Origin: Oopsacas minuta
Taxonomy: Eukaryota; Animalia; Porifera
NCBI GenBank assembly: GCA_024704765.1
Contig: JAKMXF010000034.1
Location: 1-64,000, forward strand
Direction of reading: 5' to 3'
Length of the DNA: 64,000 nt
The notes beneath the pieces were generated by a model. The model searched no databases, was not told the DNA's origin, and worked only from the letters and a program-made list of their open reading frames with translations. The stretch's first letter is position 1, and each line of letters begins with the position of its first letter. Shown here one piece after another: positions 12,307 through 25,652 of the stretch. A program made the position numbers and the translations under genes.

Positions 12307-15300
12307 GTGAGTTATATTATTTTAATTTTGAATTATATCTTTTATTGTTTTTATTCCAAAAATAATATAGGACCCCCAAGCGCTATACAGTAGAACTCTG
12401 TGTTTTCATTTCTTTATAAGAGAAATGTTGATTAAAATTTCAATAAACACTCAAAATAAAAATAGGTATTTACAGCTAAAAGTCTATTCCTTGACAATTT
12501 ATGGTTTTTTCGAGGAGCAAAATACCTGGTGACAAACCCCTGCCCCGAATTCAACTGTATTTACACATGCTGATGCGCTGGACTCACAAATTTAGATATC
12601 CTCAGAGATAAATACGATTTTTAGAAATAGCAATTCTTCCTCATACTAAATACAGACGATACTACATTCTCACTTTACACGGCATAATATTTGTCACAAG
12701 TTGCATTAATAAAATGCAAGAATTACATTTTTTGAAAAGTGATAATTATGTACAAAAGAATTCCATACATATTTATGAGGTACAATATCTGTGTCATGGA
12801 AATTCAGTGAAGAATCTTTATATTACTTATTACAACAAATATTTCCACAGACAACCCGTCAAAAAACACATGATATGTGTAGAGCGACAATGTTCTACAA
12901 AAATATATTATCATAACCGCGTGTCTATATCCAAAAATGTCAATTTTCTACTTGTATCAATGGCATTTGAAGTCGGGAATAATAATCGTGACCCTTTCCG
13001 GGTTCCTAAGGTCATGTCCAATCGACGCTCTGTCTTTACCAAATCGGAGAATTCAGTTCTTGATTGTTGATTTCATACTTACTTCAGCAAATTAATTAGT
13101 ATTAAAATTGTTGAGAACAAATATTGAAATATAATTGAGTAATAACCTGTTTTGTTATAGGTTCTATATTCCAGTAGATATTTTACCGATGGTCATAAAT
13201 GCCAATGCCAAAATAGCTGAAACCTGAAAATTAATTGATAGATTTTCCCAAACTAAAGCCTGAACGATAGTTGAAACATCCTCTAAATATTGAAATTAAC
13301 AAAATAGTAAATGAATTGCCAAATATTATTAGACAGAGTTACGAACTTTTGAATGCTCTAAGTGTATACACCCATGAGATATCTCATGGTTACTGTCTAG
13401 ATAATATACAACCATAGAGTGCCGATAGATAGATAGAACTTCAACAACCAGCTGCCAATAAAATGAGACATTCTTATTAATTATCATAATAAGTAGCCAG
13501 TAACTATGGAATCCTTAAAATTAGTCACCCATGTGAATGAAGGAACAATGTCAGAAATAAATAAATAATTAATCTAATTCTCATTAATATAATAATATCA
13601 AGACGTATAGCACACAGTGGCTCTATAGGTGGATTATATTGATTTTTGTTACGACTGAATTAGTAATACAAGCAAGCTTGCTTTCTTGCACTGTGCGGTA
13701 AAGCGAACACTTCTTGTCCACGGATGGCATATACATGCATATCCAGTATTAAAACGACTCAGAAATTCGGAATAGCTTTTCTACGGTCTCGCATTAATTA
13801 ATCCTACTCTACTTTATGAATTACAATATGTAAAATGGTCAATAATGTACCTGTATTTCTTTGGGCCACAACTCGGTGCATTTTTGTGATGCGAAGAATG
13901 TTTATAAAGTGAAAAGTTTGTGAAGATATAATTTTCAGTTATAATAATTGAGGAAACGAGATGTTAACGAGAATTGATTAAACTGAAAATTTATTGCCAG
14001 TCCAAAACAACAAAATCTCAAATCAGCGTCTGTGCCAACTTAAATTTTACCAAATTAATTTTAGTGGATTATTGAAACATTTATTCTATTAAATATCCAG
14101 GAATGTATGTTTTACTGTACCGACTATACTTTAGTATTATTGAGCTTAGTCTATTAAATTATATTAGTTAAAAAAGTTGCACTATTAATTGGAGGCATTA
14201 TGTGTATTGAATTAAACTAACCTTTCATAGTGCCTCCAATTAATAGTATCACTTTATACAAATGTAATTAATAGGGTAAGCTGTCTGCACTGGTGTAATT
14301 TTATATTTTTAAAGTCAATCAGGCGGTCTATTTATTTCCTAGGGAAATATTCAATTCTCGAAAATTCATCTAGCATCAGGCAATTCAACCTAACATTATT
14401 CGTATTATTGAAATTAGACAAATTTCAGGAGTGTTTAGCCAAAAAATTAGGAGGGGGCGCTCCTCATTCAAGTTTAACCTTTTCTTAGAAAACATCGGTG
14501 AAAACGGTCCCTATGTAAGTAGTTGGAGGGCACCACCCTGCCAAAATATTCATTTTGTAATAATTTTGGACGATTTCAGTGGTGCGTATCGAATTTGGTT
14601 GCATTTCCCGGTACTAGATGCAATTTTCCATGTTGCCCCGGAAAAATAAGATAACCTGAAGCAATTCGTATCATGTTCTCTTACATGTAACCAGTCCGAA
14701 GTTGGGGAATTTGTGTTAATTATTTTGAAATGTAGGCAGGGTTGGGGCAGATTACATTCAGGTGATTTCTATTACGAGCTCAAGTGGATCTATTGAAAAT
14801 GACAAGAAAGCAGATCGACCAAATATTTGATAAGACTGTCATAATTTCAACAAAGTTGACAAAGGCAGTATTTACAATTACATGCTTATGCCTTCTGACA
14901 TTGATATACATGGGAGTGATGCTGCATTACGTGAGTTACCCATTCATTGCAAAATCTAAAGGACTGAGTCACACTGAAGTAGGGATTATAATGGGAGTTT
15001 TTCCATTTGTCAACATTCTAACGTTTCCTATTTCTGGAGTATTAACCAATAAAATGAACGTCCAACTAACTTTTGCAATTAGTTCACTGGTGCAATGTAT
15101 TCTGTTTTCGTTATTCGCATTTGTACCTAGCATGGAAAGGATTCCATTTGAGATATATTCTTTTCTATTTCCAATCATTTTCTCATTCCCAGTATCATTC
15201 TTTTACAACTCAACATACGCTTTACTTCAACAAGTATTCCCACGACATGCAACACTAATCCTTACTATACAGTATGTGTTCTTCTCCTCTGCATACCTTA

Positions 15301-18300
15301 TGGGACCCCCGGTTGGTAGTATCCTCTACGATAAAATCGGGTTTATGAATATGTTTCTTGATTTTTCTGCGGCTGGAATACTCCTATCATTCGTAGCAAT
15401 ACTTATTTTGTACTTTTCACCGATCAACACAAAGATTAAGAAAAAAATTGAAAAACCCGAATCATTTCTCATATTCCGTATTCTCTCCACGCCATCTATT
15501 TCCTTAAATCTCTTATTCACCTTCCTATCAGCTTCATACTACTTCTACTTCTTACCTGTTATTGGTCCATATCTAGCTTCTCGTTATGGCGTAAGTATCG
15601 TGACTGTAGGCTTATTATTTATGGTAGCTGAAGTTAGTCATTTAGTGATTGCATTGCCTCTGGGATATGTGCTAAATAGGTCTTCAAACCCTCCATATTA
15701 TTTCATTATTATGAGTGGAATAATTATCCATGCAATTGGAATATTTCTGTATGCACCATCTTCTATTCTCTTTTCACTTTCTGGTAACTTTCTCCCTATA
15801 TGCTTTGTAGGAAGTTCATGTATTGGTATAGGATTTGCATTAGCTTATGTACCAACCATGTCGGTTTCGCTTAATAGAGGACAAAACACTTTTCCATCGT
15901 GTCCTACGAGTACGAATACAATTATCAGTGGTCTGATGACAGGGACATACTCTATTGGGGAATCATTCGGGCCTATAGTTGGTGGAATAATATCTGAGTT
16001 TATAAGACTTGACGTCACAACATTCTATCTTTCACTAAGTCTTGCTTCAGTCTCAATACTAGCATTTATAGCCATGTTTTTCAACAGAGAACATGAACTT
16101 TTGTTTAATCTTATTAGAAAACAATTCTCCTATATTGTGAAGAGTGAAGACGCTGAAACTTTACGATTGATAAAATGAGTATTATCACTACTTTTCCCTA
16201 CACATTACTGAATTACTGTTCTATGCTCATAAACTATTAATTAGAACACTACTACACTTATATAAATTCTAAAGCGTATCCTATTTAGTTCTTTTCGCGA
16301 TGTGATGCGGGATTTGTCATGTTCGGTCATACACTCATAATGGCCATAGAAATTCAACTTGACCAAAAATGACGTAAAATATCTCTGTTTCCAGTGCGAC
16401 CAAGTTTGGTCATGTGACCACAGGTTGTAAACCCTGTCGTAGGGTATCCATTATTCCTCAAAATGTTACCTGCTGTTGGTTGAAAAATACATCACCCAAC
16501 CACGACGAAAAAGTAAAGGCAGGGGTGGGATTCGAACCCAGGTCAGCGGGTTATCCATAATGATCTTAACAACTACGCCAATGAGACATAATGGTCATTT
16601 ACGACAAAAAACTTGGGCTGGCGAAGAAAATTGAAATTGAAATTAAAAGTGTAGACACATAACCATACACGGCTTTTAATAAGTTAACATTTGCCAAATC
16701 ATACTCAGTATTTCTGGATAATAGATAAGTAATTTTTAATCATAAATCTGTCAAATTTGTTACAAACTATCACAAATGACAGATGAAAATATGAAATTTG
16801 AAGCATGCCCTCTAAATATATTGTAAGCAGCTTGTAATATTAACGTAACTATATTATGGAATTGACCACTGTAATATAATACTAACTAGATAACTATTGA
16901 ATAAACCAAACACAACAGATATGCATTAAATTATATATATTGACATGCTCCGAATGATATAACAGAATTTCTGCAAGATGCTAACAAGATTCATATTTAA
17001 CTCTAGAAATAAATGGTGCTATATTGGTGTAGCCATTTTAGTAATTTTCTGTATTTTCATTTACATAATACCCAGTGGAAATGGAAAAGTGAAAAATTAT
17101 GAAGTAGACATATTTGACCTGTTTAACAGAGAACCGAATCAGCTCGCTAATTTGAACATAACATGTCGGGATTCACCATTGGATAAATATAATTGTTATT
17201 CCCTATCGACATCGAGATTAGCTAATAGATTTCCTCGAATACTCATAATTGGATTCGGTAAAGCAGGTACACGTGCTCTACTTAACTTCCTACATTTGCA
17301 TCCATCAATAACAGGCCCTCCTGTAGAAGTTAATTATTTTGACAAATACTACGATAAAGAGAGTTTACAGTCATATTTAGAAACATTCCCGCCTATTAAT
17401 GAGAATATTTCTAACATAGAAAAGAGTCCAAGCTACATTATCTCCCCTGGCACACCCTATAGACTTTCATCAGTGATAAGTGCTCTTGATATACCCAAAG
17501 AATCTATTAAACTAATCGTATTAATGAGAGATCCATTGGAGCGAGCTGTATCAGAATATTTGGAATGGGTGATACAGAGAACGAGAGAATTTCAATCATT
17601 ATCCTCATTTGATGAAATGGTGTTCAATAGTGAAACGTTGCCAAAATTCATTACAACATCTGAATACGATATACATGTTTCCAGTTGGTTAAAATATTTT
17701 CCCCTTGAACAGTTCTGTTTCGTAGACGGAGATTTGTTCATTGAAGATCCATTTCCAGTTTTACAAGAGCTTGAGATATGTCTAGGGATAAAAGCGCATT
17801 ATAAAAGAACTGATTTTGTATTTGATCACGGAAAAGGTTTTTTTTGCGTCAATGATGAAAACTCTATTCAATGTTTGGGTAAGTCAAAAGGAAGAATTCA
17901 CCCTGAGATTGAGGAAGAGACGAGGAAATATCTTAGGAAACATTTCAAGTCGCATAATTTACGGTTAGAGAAATTGATTCATAAAGAGTTTACATGGGCT
18001 AGAAAAGATAAGAATATTTTAAAAAGATTTCTATCAAAGGTCTTTTGAGTTCATTCAATTATTAGGTCATGTAAAATACATTACTTGTTTCTTATCAGGA
18101 ATTTCTTCGGAAGCTGGGATGGCGGGCGGTAATTTATTTTCTATTATCTAGGCCAGTTAATATGTAAAATATTTTTGATTCTTCGATAATCTTGTCACAT
18201 TCTCTCTGGGCATAAAAAATATTGAATTTTTCAACTATTCAGTAGTAAAATGTGGCTTGCACAATCTGTACCAAAAAAATTATCCATCAATTTGGAAAAA

Positions 18301-21300
18301 TACAAATATAATCTTTCCTGACAGGTGATAAAATTTGGGAAGGGCGGGGATGAGAAACAAGTATATTACTTTACATGGCCTAAGAGTGCTGATTTATATT
18401 CTTACGAGCGCGCTTCGCTTGCTCGCGCTACGCGGTTGCGAACACTTCGTATCCACAAAATGGCCTACGGCCCTCGAGTACATAAACTCATAATCTTAAC
18501 CGTAGCAAACATGATACTGCCACAATCTTTAAATCTGCTTACTTTATGTACCTAAAAATATGCTAATATTCACAATATGTTGTTTACAATATCATATTTG
18601 TACTCAGCATACTCGATTACCTCAGTATAACCATTGAAAGCATGTTTCTACAACAACTTTGATTAGCTAGATCCTATTAATTATTAATAATAATTTCAGA
18701 TCTGTGAAACCTATTAGTTCTTCTGAATACGTATATTCCGTCCTAATTTCTCCTAATTATCTATGCTCAGGCTACACTGGAAATAACTGATCTAGTTAAA
18801 CACAAGCTTCGTACGTACACAAATACATAGCATTAGGCTTATGGTACAAGGCCAACTATTAATAAAACTCCTGATCAATGTATCACATAACTCGGATGGA
18901 AAGTTTAGTTAAAAAAGGCAAATTATTGTTTTCGGAGAAGAATGAACCAGAATTCCAATTTGGGAAGAGAGGAACTGAATTTGATATGATTACCTTACCA
19001 GTTGGAATAGCTCTGAACTCTAAGGAAACTGTATTATTCGTATGCGACATACTCAGTCAGAAAATACAAGTTTATACAATAGATGGTTATTTTATGACGT
19101 CATTTGGTACTGATCATTTAAAGAAACCTTGTGGCATCACGATGTATGGCAACAGATTGTATGTAACAGATGTCAGAGCACATTCCTTGTTAATGTTTGG
19201 TAACTATGGTGTAAAAGCAACTGGGAAATGCGGAATTAGAATTGGAGAATTACAATTTCCGCGAAGTGTAACATGTGACAGCAAGGGCGATGTGTATGTG
19301 ACAGATTGCGGCAATCTGCGGATAGTAGTATACAGTGGAGAACTTGAACTTAAGAGAATAATTGCAAGTGGACAAACCTGGACCCCTATTGATTCTAGAA
19401 TATTCCATAAGGAAATAATTGTACTGTCACAGCATGCTCCATTTATTCGGTGTATTAACCTGGTTGATAATTCTGAGAGGAACATATATGAAGTAGACAA
19501 GAATGTTAAAAATCCTTGCTTCTTCTGTGTGGACAAGTTTGGAAATTTTGTGATTAATGACGCTGGCTCGAAGAGAATAGTTATAACTAATCCGCGAGGT
19601 GAATTATTGAAGATAATCGATGAGGGCTCTTCTGGTTCATTTATGTTTGGAACACAAATTACATCTTATAACAAAATTATTGTAGCACTATGTGCTGGTA
19701 GAAAAACCATCAGTGTTATTTAAATCAGTTTTTACTCTATTAAGCTACATGTTATTGTGAATAGTCTGAAACTTTGTGAGATATATGTAGGTATATCATA
19801 TTTGGTTGCTAAAGTTTAATTTGTATCTCATTAGCCATTATGTCTATACTCTATAGTAGATTAATATATTCAATAGTAAATATTTAAAATTTGTGGCTGA
19901 ATACAATCAAGTGAAAATAGTGCAGCTCCTATTTAGAGATAGTCCGTACTGTATTTCCCCTTGGGAAACTCTGATAATTATTACTAGAGTTGCTCAACTC
20001 CTATATGGCATGGACGATGTGCGACGTCTGTCCGTACGCGCCACCGTGCGAAATATGGCAGTCCGATTAACATGAAAATTTGTGCACATACATTTTGGGT
20101 CAGAGATTTGCACATCGGGTGTTTATTTTGAAATTTTCACACTTTTGGTGATTAATCATGTTTTCACACCTTTCTATGTTATTTCCAAAGCATGTTAGAG
20201 ATTATGGGGCAATTGGGTGGGTAGTGTCCGATTCTGAAATTTTCAGAATATCAAAGTTACAAACACATATGATTAATCATATTTTCACACATTTTGGCGT
20301 GATCCATATGGCTGAGCTGCACACCAAGTCTGTCGACTGTACATTTTTCTAATTTGTTTCACTATTTATTGATTTTGTAACAAAATAGATGTATAGACAC
20401 GCTTTTAAGTGTATACTGATTGGAGATTGCGGTGTAGGAAAAACAAGCCTCAGAGATGTATTTCTATCCAAAGAGTATAGATCGTATCATTTCTGCTCAG
20501 AACATTTTTTCTCAAAGGAACTAAGAATCGATAACGAAAATATTAAACTACAAATATGGGATACTCAGGGACAAGAGAGATATCTCCTACTACCTCAAGT
20601 GTATTATTGGGGAGTAGATGCAGTGATGTTAACATATGACATCACAAATTTCCAATCATTTGACAATCTTAGAGAGAAATGGAACAAAGATGTATGTAGC
20701 AAATACACTCAGTGTATTCTTGTGGGCAATAAATGTGACTTGGAGGTTAAGAGAGCAGTGGATAGTACAACCGCAATGGAATTTGCTGAAAGTTTAAAAA
20801 TCCCATTTATTGAAACAAGTGCTAAATGGAGTATCAATGTAGAGCAAGCGTTTGTGTTAATGGCAGCAATGATAATGAAGAAGTTACCAGAGAATGAATC
20901 AGATACGTTTGATTTTAATAATATTATGTTGAATAGCGATAGTAGGGATACAAATAACATATATGCTAGATGTCTTTGTTAATGCTTTTTCACAACTTTT
21001 TTGGTGATTAATCATCTTTTCACACCTTTCTATGTATTATTTCAATAGCATACTGGAGTTGTTTAGGTTTCAACATGTTGTCAACGTCAGGGGTAATTGG
21101 GTGCGTAGAGTCCAATTTTTGAGATTTTCAGATCCTTAAAACTACAAATTTACAGATTTATCATATGATTTATTATATTTTCACACATTTATGGTAAATA
21201 TTTCAAAATAATGTAACGAAAAATCGAGCTTTAACATTTCGAAGGGGCTATTCAATAGCCTCACCCTTAACATTATTATAGATCTTTGTAACAGCTGATT

Positions 21301-24300
21301 TATTAATTTCTCATAAATCTAATTCATGCAACAGTAAAATCAAATATATTAAGTAAATTCGATAACAGAATCATCAAAAGTGTATATAACTAATCCTCGT
21401 CTCTCCCACTTCATTTCTAATTTCCTCACAGTTTTCTAATGCATATTTATACGCAATATTAATTTGTAACTTTGCTTCTGAAATATTTTTCTTTTTGAAG
21501 TTCATTGCAGTCAAACTCGACTCTTCATCATAGCAAATAAAATCTTGAAACAAACTATATTCAGCCCCAAACAAAGCAATAATAAAATTTATACCAATTG
21601 AATTCTCGTTTGAATCTTCAGGTTCTGTCCGAATGAAATGTCTAATGTGATGTATAGCTATAAAATAGAAAATCGGAGACCATGTAGCTCTCAGTTTATT
21701 TTGTAATAACATTTGTATCATACACGTCAGTACCTGTGTCTCAGTCTCATAGGGTTCTAACAGACCAGTGATTGGTAAGGATATGTCCTGGATTGGAATA
21801 GGAAATAATCTGAATATTTCTGTGTTATTTTGCCAGATAATGAGTTTAATGCTTGTGGGTGGATTTGAAATTAGTGGAAGAAGGATAAATTGGGCATAGG
21901 TAGGATCTCCAAATGACACAGAAGTGAAGTGGCTGCAAATTTCCGAGTAAAGTTCACAGAAATTTGTTACTCCTTGTATTTGAGTGAAATCTATTTTCTT
22001 AATGAATTCTTTTCTAGAATATGTTTGTAAGATTTTTGTTAATTCCAGGCTAATTTCGTCTGTTAGAAATATATCTCCCAACATTAATGCAACCAATACT
22101 CTTGCTATTCTTGTGCTAGGATACATTACATTCAAAAATTCAATATCATTTGTTTCAATCCAGTTGTAGTACTTAAGACAATCTGTTAAAAACCGCAAAT
22201 GCGTTTGAAAACCTCCTGGAATATTTGGTTTTGATTCTTCTTTATTATAAAGTATGAATATTGGCATTGTTAGCCAATCTATGGGGAAGAGAGGAGTAGT
22301 AAAAGTTGGTAAAGAAAGAGAATTTATACTAACTCTATTTCTGTTGTATACTGCTTCAGAATCGTCTATTGTTGACGGAGTAACATTCACAAACTGTAAT
22401 AACGCAGTGTAAGTCCTAAGAATTGATTGGAGTTCGTCGCTTGTCAGTTTCGCATTTTTCTGATAGAATTTCGGTTTAAATAAATAATAATTAATAAGAT
22501 TATTCAAATAATAATCTTGTCCAGGGTATAGATTAGTTGTTAGTAAGAATATTAAATCGTGACACAATGTTACTTCAAATTCAAGTTGTCTCTCATACAA
22601 AACCATTAACTTGTATATTATTGGTATTTCTTGTAGATAAAATGCAGGAGAGGTTTGTGTTCTGTTATACTGAGCAACTATTGATCGTAGATATTTAATT
22701 ATGACGTCATATAGCCCAGTAGTATGATATAGCGATTGTATTTTCAAATGACTGAGTTGGAAAGATATAGACATTTGGAAGCTAATTAAGTTGTAAATAA
22801 GATCTGTTGTGATAATATATTCATTGCTTACTTCTGTATTACGTAGTAGAGTTGGGGAATATTGTATGGAAGTATTTGAATTCACTGATAAGTTCAATAA
22901 ATTGTTGAATAAAAGTCTCAAAAGTTTGTTTTGATAAATGGAGGTATATTGTGTAGTTGTGTATGATTCTAAATGTGAAACTAACTCAACTGGAGATTGA
23001 AACTTTGATATTATAGATTTATGTGTTAGAATTGTGAAAAAATAGAAAACAGCTGATACAATTCTCTGTTGACTAAATTTCAATTCCACTTGCAGTGATA
23101 AAGTTGCTTTTTGACTGATACCGAGTATTAACTGTATGATAGGATTAATAAGCTCAATACTATGTTCTTTGCTAAATGCTAGAGCCAGCGATATCTCACT
23201 GATATACTGTATTAGAGATGCAAGGCAATTCATATCATTTTCATTTAGCTCTGTGTATTTGGTTAGATTGTATTGTAGCTTTTGGACAAATGTTTCATAA
23301 CCTGTTTGAAAATAATCTATTCCGATTCCGTAACAAGCTAATGCTCTAAGTGTTTGTAAACTTGAAATAATAAGTTCTGTTATTTGTGTATTATTCTCAG
23401 TGAAATTGTTTGGTTCCAACAATGCGAATTGTAATAGAGTTTCAAATAACCTTACTTTTCCAACTAATAAGTTTGCACAGACCTTGTTTACTACAACTAG
23501 ATGGTAACAGAGTTTAACTACTTCCACACAACACTGTCCATAAGATCCAGCCTCTTTCTCAAACGTGACCATAAATGGAAGGAAATTACGTAAAATTAAC
23601 TCCAATAACTTATCAGCACTAACTACTTGTATTGCTGTTGATTTAGCATAACGAGTTATATGAGTAAGAATTTCTAGACAGCATACAATGGAGGTAGGAG
23701 GAGGTCTCACCGTTTCAATGATGTATTTTATTCTGGTTAGAATATTCGTTTTAATGAGGCCTTGCACCAAATCTTCTTGTAGTAATTCTAAATCTGTAGA
23801 ATCTTGTTCTTCATCTTTGGAAGATTGTGAGTTTGTGTTTAGTAACGGTAAGCTTATACCGAGTGTTGTAAATTTAATCTTATCTATGAAATCACAGTCA
23901 TTAGTATTGACAAGTAAATTCCTGATTCCTAGTATCCCTATACATATTATTGAGAGAGTAGGGTTATCCATTGCAATACGGAATATCATAGGAATTCCGA
24001 TATCCATGAGGATTTTTAAAAGATTCGAATCAAGATGTTTTTCTGAAAAAATATCATTTTGTGCGTTTCTAGCTATAAAAGCTAACGTTTGTAGACTTAA
24101 TATTTTCTGTGATTGAAAGGAACTGTCAGCTAAATGTACAAGTTCCTCTAGAGTATACCCAGGACGCGTTATCTCATCTCCGTGATGAAACAGACCGGTT
24201 TCAAGATGTCTATCATTATCTAATTGTATAAATTGTCCTTCAAAATTGAATCTAGGTTGGGATGAATCAAGTTTTTCTGATTCGCTTTCGTTAGTTTGCA

Positions 24301-25613
24301 TCCATTCTAGTTTTTCAGGTTCTATCGTATCGAAATGTTTCCATTTCTGTCTTTTAGCCTCTCCTATTAATTCTAACACTTCTGCGTTTAAATTTGAACT
24401 CTCCAGTTGAGGAGTTAAACTTAGTTCTTTATTAATCTCTTCAGAAGGAATGTCTTTTTTCCGTTTCCTATTTTGAAGGAAATTTAATAAATTCGGATCT
24501 AAACTTGCTCTCAACTTTTCTTGTTCTTCGAGAATTTCTTCTTTCGTCATCTGTTTGAGTCTATTTTATATTTTCGCTATGAATCTTTTCTATTTCAGAA
24601 TCTGTACTTATAGTACCTCCAGCAAGACCTTCTCCCGTTATAACAGAATTATACACATTTTGGTTGACAATTTTTCTCTCAACTGGATCTTCTGGGATAG
24701 GACATTTCACTTGAGGCCCTACCACTTGTGCTTTGCCGTGCTTTTCCATGTGTAGAGCGAACAAACTCTTTTTCTTACCTTTTCCATCAGACATAGCAGA
24801 TTTCTGTAGAGACTTATAATCAATACTGACTGCTTTTGGAAATGGTAGAGTAGATTCTTGTGGTAACAAGGGTAGCTTGATATCGGAGTTTTCTGTAACT
24901 TCATTGAGTAGAGAAGGCACTGACTTATCGTCTTGATCCATTATTTCTTCTATTGCAGGGTCGATTAATTGTTCTCTATTACTTTCTCTTTCATTTTCCC
25001 TGATTAATTCTACAGAAATGTTAGATTTTAAATCAGGATCTTTCTTCATTTGTTCTTCAAAATCTTTTTGGAATTTCAATAAATCTTCTTCTGTGTCTTT
25101 ATTAGAAGGTCTCTTCATGCCAAAGATTTCCATTTCTAAATCTAACTAAAGTATTATATAACGAGCTGCTTCGCTTGCTCGCGCTGCGAGGCATGCGAAC
25201 ACTCTGTGTTCGCAAGGCACTCGGCACTTCGCGCTTAGAACTTAGCAAAGTATAAAATTGCAAAATTAATATTTCAATAATTTGTTTACTTTATATTCAT
25301 GAAAACAACAAAGAATTTACATAAGAGAAACTTGAATATGCGAAATCAGGAGAATGAAATTGAGTTCTTTCCCTACCGTAGCATTACATTACTGATATTG
25401 ACTGGAGGAGTATTGGGAGCGTGCTTCCAAGCACTTCGATAACTTTATGCTACAACTTCAACAGTTAAGTATTAAATTTATTCCTTAATACCCAAATATT
25501 CTTACTTTTAAGCTGTTTCATTGATACTAAGTAACATTTAATTTTCCACACAATATTTACGACACACAAACTAAACAAAATTTACGAAATAAGACACAAA
25601 CACAAACATATCA

Positions 25614-25652
<39 letters not shown>

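Noticed and set aside
12400-13100. Stop-riddled minus-strand fragments (KLTFLDID, VFFDGL) hinting at a reverse transcriptase or NACHT relic
   Set aside because: The motifs are too short and lie in different frames. A tBLASTx or HMM search would be needed.
13373-13401. 18-bp palindrome CCATGAGATATCTCATGG followed by CTAG, as a Helitron 3' end
   Set aside because: CTAG is followed by A rather than T, no matching 5' TC end was identified, and there is only one copy in the window.
16518-16587. Functional tRNA gene
   Set aside because: A and B boxes are present but the acceptor and anticodon stems do not pair, so it is kept only as a tRNA-derived repeat.
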